Part shown: piece after piece, positions 26,404-32,000 of the stretch
How the letters are laid out: every line of letters begins with the position of its first letter
How positions within the stretch are numbered: position 1 is the stretch's first letter
Origin: Bacillus subtilis subsp. subtilis str. 168
GTDB lineage: Bacteria; Bacillota; Bacilli; Bacillales; Bacillaceae
NCBI RefSeq assembly: GCF_000009045.1
Contig: NC_000964.3
Span: forward strand, 510,001-542,000
Reading direction: 5' to 3'
Length of the DNA: 32,000 nt
Made by a program: the position numbers and the translations under genes
The notes under the pieces: generated by a model
The model's database searches: none
The model's input: only the letters and a program-made list of their open reading frames with translations
What the model was told of the DNA's origin: nothing

Positions 26404-26670
26404 GTGTTTAATATTAATCTGTTGAATCAGGCCCGACTTGAGAGTGATTTGGATTCCCTTGGGTGTTTGGATATTGCTGAGGAACTGATTGAAAAAATGA
26501 TGGAAGATGTTTTTTACAGTGATGTAGCTCAAAGAATCATTGTTCAAACACTTGCTGTTATAAATAACGCCAATGCAAAACTTCAAGCTACGTTTAACAT
26601 CTTAGAAGATGAAGATATGGAGACAGACGAACGAAGCGTGGAGTTTGAAGGAATTAGCTACTACGAATAA
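26404..26670 (+). CDS. ydcT: Small ICEBs1 protein YdcT
   Basis: GTG at 26404 after AAAGGGGG; 88 aa; strongly similar to YdcS. Confidence 0.82.
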   Translation: MFNINLLNQARLESDLDSLGCLDIAEELIEKMMEDVFYSDVAQRIIVQTLAVINNANAKLQATFNILEDEDMETDERSVEFEGISYYE

Positions 26671-26686
26671 GGGGTGAAAATGTGCG

Positions 26687-26995
26687 GTGTCTGCTGTAGA
26701 TAAACGATTCAAAAGCTTAGGTTTTAATGTGGGCATTCCCTCTTTAGTTTTTGTGAGAAGTTTAAGCAGAGATTGCATGTTGGTTGTTGAAGGAGAACGA
26801 GTAAAAGGATTTGCTGAGTATCGTTACACATTCTATAAAACAAGATACTTGCCAGACGGTCGAATGACTAGCTTAAAAGTTTATATGGAGAATCAAAGCA
26901 TAAAAAGGGTGTTACATCGTGTAGCATCCTTTTTATCTTTCTTGGAAAGAACGAAACAAATTGAACAGAAGGAGTGTGAAAAAGTTGCTCAATAA
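26687..26995 (+). CDS. yddA: Small ICEBs1 protein YddA
   Basis: 102 aa from GTG; syntenic upstream of conB. Confidence 0.83.
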   Translation: MSAVDKRFKSLGFNVGIPSLVFVRSLSRDCMLVVEGERVKGFAEYRYTFYKTRYLPDGRMTSLKVYMENQSIKRVLHRVASFLSFLERTKQIEQKECEKVAQ

Positions 26996-28049
26996 AGAAA
27001 TTGGCTCTGATAAGAAGGAAGAATCCTTTTTTCGGTCTGCTTTTCAAAAACTGAAACGAATTGAAAGACCGGAAAAAGACAAACAAAAAGTACCCCGTGA
27101 CAGGTCAAAGCTGATAGCCGTCACACTATGGTCTTGTGTAGGGAGCTTGCTATTTATCTGTCTGCTTGCTGTGCTTCTGTCAATTAATACTCGCTCCCAA
27201 CTTAATGACATGAAAGACGAAACGAATAAGCCAACAAATGACGATAAACAAAAAATTTCGGTGACTGCTGCCGAAAACTTTCTGTCAGGGTTCATCAATG
27301 AATATATGAATGTGAAGAACGATCAAGAATCTATTGAAAAACGTATGCAGAGCCTTGAAAGCTATATGGTTAAACAGGAAGATAACCATTTTGAAGATGA
27401 AGAACGCTTCAATGTGGATGGTTTAAAAGGTGATCGAGAGTTAAAGGGTTACAGCTTATATAACGTGAAAGAAGGTGATAAAAACAGCCTTTTTCAATAT
27501 AAGGTCACATATGAAAATCTATACCCTGTAGAAAAGGAAGTTGAAAAAGAAGTTAAAGACGGAAAGAAGAAAAAGAAGGTGAAAGAAAAGGTTAAAACAA
27601 ACGAGAAATACGAAAAACAAATGTTGCTGAATATTCCAGTCACAAATAAAGGTGATTCCTTTGCGGTGTCTGCTGTCCCTTATTTTACACAGATTTATGA
27701 TCTGAAAGGCGATATTGCTTTTAAGGGTAAAGAAGAAACTAGAGACGAATATGCAGGCGAGAAAAAAGAATCTATCGAATCATTTCTTCAAAATTTCTTT
27801 GAGAAATACGCTTCTGAAAAGAAAGAAGAAATGGTTTATATGATGAAAAAGCCGGAAGCATTGGAAGGAAACTTGTTATTTGGGGAAGTGCAGTCAGTGA
27901 AAATCTTCGAGACGAAAAAAGGTTTCGAGGTTTTTTGTGCTGTTCGATTTAAGGAAAAAGAAAATGACATTCCGGTAAATGAAAAATTCAGTCTAGAGAT
28001 TACGGAAAACAGCGGTCAGTTTTATGTAAATAAACTCAAACATCAATAG
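26985..28049 (+). CDS. conB: Conjugation protein ConB (TcpC/VirB8-like)
   Basis: TTG at 26985 after AAGGAG gives 354 aa; single N-terminal TM and periplasmic-type domain. Confidence 0.9.
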   Translation: MLNKEIGSDKKEESFFRSAFQKLKRIERPEKDKQKVPRDRSKLIAVTLWSCVGSLLFICLLAVLLSINTRSQLNDMKDETNKPTNDDKQKISVTAAENFLSGFINEYMNVKNDQESIEKRMQSLESYMVKQEDNHFEDEERFNVDGLKGDRELKGYSLYNVKEGDKNSLFQYKVTYENLYPVEKEVEKEVKDGKKKKKVKEKVKTNEKYEKQMLLNIPVTNKGDSFAVSAVPYFTQIYDLKGDIAFKGKEETRDEYAGEKKESIESFLQNFFEKYASEKKEEMVYMMKKPEALEGNLLFGEVQSVKIFETKKGFEVFCAVRFKEKENDIPVNEKFSLEITENSGQFYVNKLKHQ

Positions 28050-28060
28050 GAGGTTTAAAT

Positions 28061-28309
28061 ATGGATTTCATGAATTTCTTTATTCTTGGCGCAGACCTTC
28101 CAACACTTGGAGGGGTAAAAGGTTGGGCATCAGATGTTGTTATCCAATTCATTACGATTGTGGTCATGTTCATAGCCGCAAAGAATCTGATGAAATTAAA
28201 AATGGGCGGCATTATCTTTGTTTGCTGTATTGGCAGTGCGGTAACGTGGGTTATTAAACACTGGTCAGAATTCTCCGGCTGGATCAATGCGCTAATGGAA
28301 AAATTGTAA
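28061..28309 (+). CDS. conC: Conjugation protein ConC, small membrane protein
   Basis: 82 aa with two hydrophobic segments; RBS TAGGAGG. Confidence 0.9.
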   Translation: MDFMNFFILGADLPTLGGVKGWASDVVIQFITIVVMFIAAKNLMKLKMGGIIFVCCIGSAVTWVIKHWSEFSGWINALMEKL

Positions 28310-28321
28310 GGGGGCATCTGA

Positions 28322-28846
28322 ATGGGGCGTCTGGTGTTCAACTACCGGAAGGCAATGAGAGAGCCGAAAAAAATCCAACAATTAACCGAAAATTATTCGT
28401 TACCCTTTGCAGTTGAGTTAATACCGGCTATTAACTATTTCATTTTTGTTGGCTTATGCTTTGGATTCTGGTACGGCGTGAGGATGATTTTCCCTCACGC
28501 TTTTGATAACAGTTACGTCATTGTGATTTTTGGGATACCATTTTTTTTAACGATGCTTGTAACGAAAATAAAGCCGGAAGGCAAAAACATCTATATATAT
28601 TTCTTTGATTTCGCAAAGTATTACTTCTTCATCAAGCTTCCACAAAAGAAGTATTGCAATGATCGAAAGATTGATTTAAGTAACGAAAAACAAATTGAGT
28701 TTCGAAAACTTGTGAAGGTGGTGGATTATTCAAATGAGACTAAAAACGCCTATGAAGGCAATACACAAGAATTTGCTGTTAACAAGAACGGGCGACGTGT
28801 GGGCGTACTACCGAATAAAAAGCAATTCGATTCCTATGCAAAATAA
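28322..28846 (+). CDS. conD: Conjugation protein ConD
   Basis: 174 aa, two TM segments; canonical position upstream of conE. Confidence 0.9.
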   Translation: MGRLVFNYRKAMREPKKIQQLTENYSLPFAVELIPAINYFIFVGLCFGFWYGVRMIFPHAFDNSYVIVIFGIPFFLTMLVTKIKPEGKNIYIYFFDFAKYYFFIKLPQKKYCNDRKIDLSNEKQIEFRKLVKVVDYSNETKNAYEGNTQEFAVNKNGRRVGVLPNKKQFDSYAK

Positions 28847-31229
28847 AGAAAAAGTTGAATCGTATAAAAAGAAGTGGCAGCATCTTTTTGAAGAAATTAC
28901 ATCTTATGAGGATTTTCACTTGATGATGTATCCAAGTGAGTATGAATTAGAAAAACGATTTAAGGATTTAGAAACAGATATTGCGGCAGATGCAATGGAT
29001 GTGGCACGTTACTACAATGAAGAAACCGTAAGGCTGTTAGAACAGCGATTAGGAAGGCTGACAAAGTACGACTTCATTTTAGGTGTAAAACTGAAAAGCA
29101 GTCTTGTAAATATTAGTGTCGAACTTAAAGACAATATACTATCTTTTTTCAATACAGCGACTGATACAGTCGTGAAAATGCTCGGGTGGGAACAAAATGT
29201 TTCCACCTCTTTTTTTGAAAAATATGAGGAAGTCGAAGAAACACTAGCGAATATCATGGCTTCTGTTCGCGGAGAACGGCTTTCAGAAACAGAAATGACA
29301 TACATTAACCGTTATCACTTTGTACGTGGGTTAAAGCACCAAACGAATGAAGAAAGTGAGATAAAGGATGTTCGCTCTATTACAAACACGATCATAGACC
29401 CCACTGACCCATCAGTATTGCATTTGCATAGTGATCAAGATGAAGGCTATTCAGCTTTTGTCGTGATTGACGAATTTCTTCACAATATGTCGGAAAGTGA
29501 TTTGTTTTATGAAGCACAGTCTCTTCCCTTCCCTGTTGAAGTTCAGATGAAAATTCAAACGGAATCAAAGTCCATTACCAAGCCTGCCCTCAACCTCAAA
29601 AGACAGCAATTGAAAGAAGAACAAAAAGAACAACAAAGCACAGGCGATCGAAGTGATGTTTCCACTGTCACAAGTGCCACAATGATAAGGCATTTACAAG
29701 ATGAAATAAAGAAAGAAGATGTGCATGTGATGAACTGGCTGTCGGTGATAGTCGTTCATGGAAAGACAAAAAAAGAATGTGTGGGAAAAGCAACGATTGT
29801 CAAAAGGCATTTAAAAGGCGCTGGCATTACTTGTCGGCTTCCGGTGGCTGATCAATTGAACCTTTTTTATAAAATGCTTCCTGGTGAAAAGTTAGACATA
29901 ACCGATAAGAACTGGATTCAAAAAACAACGCAAGACGGTGTGGCTGAAAGTCTGTTTGCTGTTAACTCTGATATTGGTTCGAAAATCGGGTTCTTTCTCG
30001 GTTGGGTTGATCGTTTCCAAGAGCACACCGACTTAGAAAGTGCCATTATGTCCAGCCGTGATTTTGTCTTATTCCACCCTTTCTTAGCGAATCAGCAGTT
30101 AAAAGGTTCAAAGACACGTTCTCCTCACTGCTTAATCACAGGAGACACAGGAAACGGCAAGTCATATCTAGCGAAATTGATCTTTAACTATATCAGCATG
30201 TTAAACATCAAATCTCTGTATATAGACCCTAAAAAGGAAATGAGAAAGTGGATTCAAAGAGTCTTGAATGATGAGTACATTAGAGAGAACTTTCCCTTAT
30301 ATATTGCACATTTAGAGAAATACAACTATATCACGCTAGATCATGAAAACACGCACAACTGGGGAGCGCTTGACCCTATCTCCTTCCTCCCTCCTATGAA
30401 AGCAAAAGAGCTAGTTCAAGTCATTTTTGAACAAGTATATGACTTTAAAGGGAAGGACGACATAAACACAGCTTTCCTTCGTGCTACGTCAGAAGTGATT
30501 GATGCGAAACAAAAAGGTGAACAGGTCGGCTCACTTGATATTATTCGGAAGATGCAGAGCCATCCCGAAGAAGCTGTACAAAAAGCTGGTGACTATTTAA
30601 ATGAGGTCGTGTCAGATTCCATTTTGAAACTTTGTATTCATGATGGTTCAAATCCTGCATTGTCACTAGAAAAGCGAATTACCATTTTAGAAGTTGAAAA
30701 TATGGATTTGCCGGATCATGCTGAGCGACTTGAAAACTACACGATATCACAACTAAAGTCTAGTGCGGTCATGTTTGCACTAGGTAAGTTCTGCGAGCTA
30801 TTCGGCATGAATCAAGACGAACAGACTGTTGAATTTATAGATGAAGCTTGGATATTCACCACGTCACAACAAGGAAAAAAAGTAGAAAGACAAATGCGCC
30901 GGATTGGTCGCTCATACAACAATGCGGAATACTTCATTTCTCAATCCACAAAAGACGCTTTAAAAGAAGAGGATTCTGGAAACTTTGGCGTTGCCTTTGC
31001 TTTTGACGAACCAAACGAGCGTGAAGAAGTGTTGAAATGGATGAACATGGAGGTCACAAAAGATAACAAAAAAATGATGGAATCCATGTTTCAAGGTCAA
31101 TGCTTATTTAAAGATTACTATGGCCGCACCTCTAAAATTTCGATTGAATGCCTATTCGAAGAATGGCAAGGTGCTCTGAAAACAGTTGAGAAAAAAGCCG
31201 TCGCATATGCGGAAGAAAAATATTTGTAA
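28734..31229 (+). CDS. conE: VirB4-like conjugation ATPase ConE
   Basis: 831 aa; Walker A ITGDTGNGKSYLAKL, Walker B VEFIDEAWIFTTSQ. Confidence 0.95.
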   Translation: MRLKTPMKAIHKNLLLTRTGDVWAYYRIKSNSIPMQNKEKVESYKKKWQHLFEEITSYEDFHLMMYPSEYELEKRFKDLETDIAADAMDVARYYNEETVRLLEQRLGRLTKYDFILGVKLKSSLVNISVELKDNILSFFNTATDTVVKMLGWEQNVSTSFFEKYEEVEETLANIMASVRGERLSETEMTYINRYHFVRGLKHQTNEESEIKDVRSITNTIIDPTDPSVLHLHSDQDEGYSAFVVIDEFLHNMSESDLFYEAQSLPFPVEVQMKIQTESKSITKPALNLKRQQLKEEQKEQQSTGDRSDVSTVTSATMIRHLQDEIKKEDVHVMNWLSVIVVHGKTKKECVGKATIVKRHLKGAGITCRLPVADQLNLFYKMLPGEKLDITDKNWIQKTTQDGVAESLFAVNSDIGSKIGFFLGWVDRFQEHTDLESAIMSSRDFVLFHPFLANQQLKGSKTRSPHCLITGDTGNGKSYLAKLIFNYISMLNIKSLYIDPKKEMRKWIQRVLNDEYIRENFPLYIAHLEKYNYITLDHENTHNWGALDPISFLPPMKAKELVQVIFEQVYDFKGKDDINTAFLRATSEVIDAKQKGEQVGSLDIIRKMQSHPEEAVQKAGDYLNEVVSDSILKLCIHDGSNPALSLEKRITILEVENMDLPDHAERLENYTISQLKSSAVMFALGKFCELFGMNQDEQTVEFIDEAWIFTTSQQGKKVERQMRRIGRSYNNAEYFISQSTKDALKEEDSGNFGVAFAFDEPNEREEVLKWMNMEVTKDNKKMMESMFQGQCLFKDYYGRTSKISIECLFEEWQGALKTVEKKAVAYAEEKYL

Positions 31230-31247
31230 AAAGGGGTTGAATCGTAC

Positions 31248-31574
31248 ATGGAAATAGCTTTCTTAAACTCTCTTGTTGTCACGAGTCCAGGCTTTTATAA
31301 AGCTGAGAAAATCACATTGGACGAAGTTAAACAATGGCTGAAGCATTATGATGGTCGATACAAAAGTTTTATCGGACATAAATCAACGGCACAGTTTCTG
31401 CAAAAATTATTAGGTATCAGAATTGAGCAAAATCGAAAGACTTTCAGACATATGAAATATCAAAAAGCAATCTGTTTCTCTCTGTATGAACGATATCCTG
31501 AAAACGTGTTGCTAACGCAAAGAGACTTAGAGAAAGCCAGATACCAATTTTATTTATTAACTCGGTTAGATTAG
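31248..31574 (+). CDS. yddF: DUF1874-family small protein, AcrIII-1-like ring nuclease candidate
   Basis: 108 aa; IGHKSTAQFLQKLLGIRIEQNR resembles the DUF1874/AcrIII-1 signature; syntenic between conE and conG. Confidence 0.82.
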   Translation: MEIAFLNSLVVTSPGFYKAEKITLDEVKQWLKHYDGRYKSFIGHKSTAQFLQKLLGIRIEQNRKTFRHMKYQKAICFSLYERYPENVLLTQRDLEKARYQFYLLTRLD

Positions 31575-31586
31575 GAGGTGGTTGTA

Positions 31587-32000
31587 ATGAAAAAGAAAAG
31601 AATTTTGATTGTGTCGGCTATTGTGTTGCTGTTTTTAACTGTTGCTTCAGCTGTAACGGTATTTTCGGCTGATGGAGATACAACGACGCAGCCAAAAGTC
31701 GAAAAAGCTGGCGGCGTGGAATTGAAGGTGAAAAGGTTTCCAATCTCACGCTATCAAGCGAATAATGAAGCATCTGACGATTTAATCAAGGGGGCGTTTG
31801 TTGGGCTGACAAACGTCACTTTTTCTTTTGCGGGAAACATTGTCCGTGTGGTTGATACGGGGATGGATATTTTGTATAACTTGCAACCGATTGACGAGTT
31901 CGCAAATTCTATTACAAACGTCTCTAAAACAGTTTATAAAACACTGAAAAAGAATTTCGGTGAAGCTTTATTTATTTTCACGTGCGCCTATGTTGTCTAC
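31587..32000 (+). CDS. conG: Conjugation protein ConG (VirB6-like), 5' part, truncated by window end
   Basis: TTAGGAGGTGG RBS then ATG at 31587: MKKKRILIVSAIVLLFLTVASAVTVFSADGD...FANSITNVSKTVYKTLKKNFGEALFIF, open to the end; not in the supplied track. Confidence 0.9.
   Translation, partial: MKKKRILIVSAIVLLFLTVASAVTVFSADGDTTTQPKVEKAGGVELKVKRFPISRYQANNEASDDLIKGAFVGLTNVTFSFAGNIVRVVDTGMDILYNLQPIDEFANSITNVSKTVYKTLKKNFGEALFIFTCAYVVY

Noticed and set aside
28036-28341. Minus-strand ORF over conC
   Set aside because: Antisense to conC; no independent evidence.

Overview
The window reads as a Bacillus subtilis 168-type chromosome segment; identification is from gene order and protein recall, with no database search. 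The left ~19.4 kb is core genome: murF (3' end), cshA, ydbS-ydbT, ydcA, acpS, ydcC, alr, ndoAI-ndoA (mazEF), rsbRA-rsbS-rsbT-rsbU-rsbV-rsbW-sigB-rsbX, ydcF-ydcG-ydcH, tex (ydcI), cmpA, a SprT-like gene (ydcK), and a seven-gene tRNA array (Asn-Ser-Glu-Gln-Lys-Leu-Leu). From the last tRNA-Leu to the window end is the left half of the integrative conjugative element ICEBs1: attL, int, immA, immR, xis, ydzL, ydcO, helP, conQ, oriT/nicK, sso-like region, ydcS, ydcT, yddA, conB, conC, conD, conE, yddF, conG (truncated). I found no wholly new multi-gene system. The observations most worth follow-up are: (1) YddF, a DUF1874-like protein with the IGHxSTxQ signature of AcrIII-1 ring-nuclease anti-CRISPRs, inside a conjugation operon; (2) a ~300-bp non-coding, highly structured segment upstream of helP with potential pseudoknots; (3) ydcF as the frameshifted remnant of an SRPBCC-domain gene; (4) a structured ~230-bp intergenic element bracketed by duplicated terminator/stop-codon repeats between ydbT and ydcA; (5) a 15-bp direct repeat bracketing the immR/xis control region; (6) long-range complementary segments in the nicK-ydcS gap; (7) a GC-rich low-complexity conQ tail abutting oriT. 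Coordinates are hand-counted and could be off by 1-2 nt for non-ORF features.
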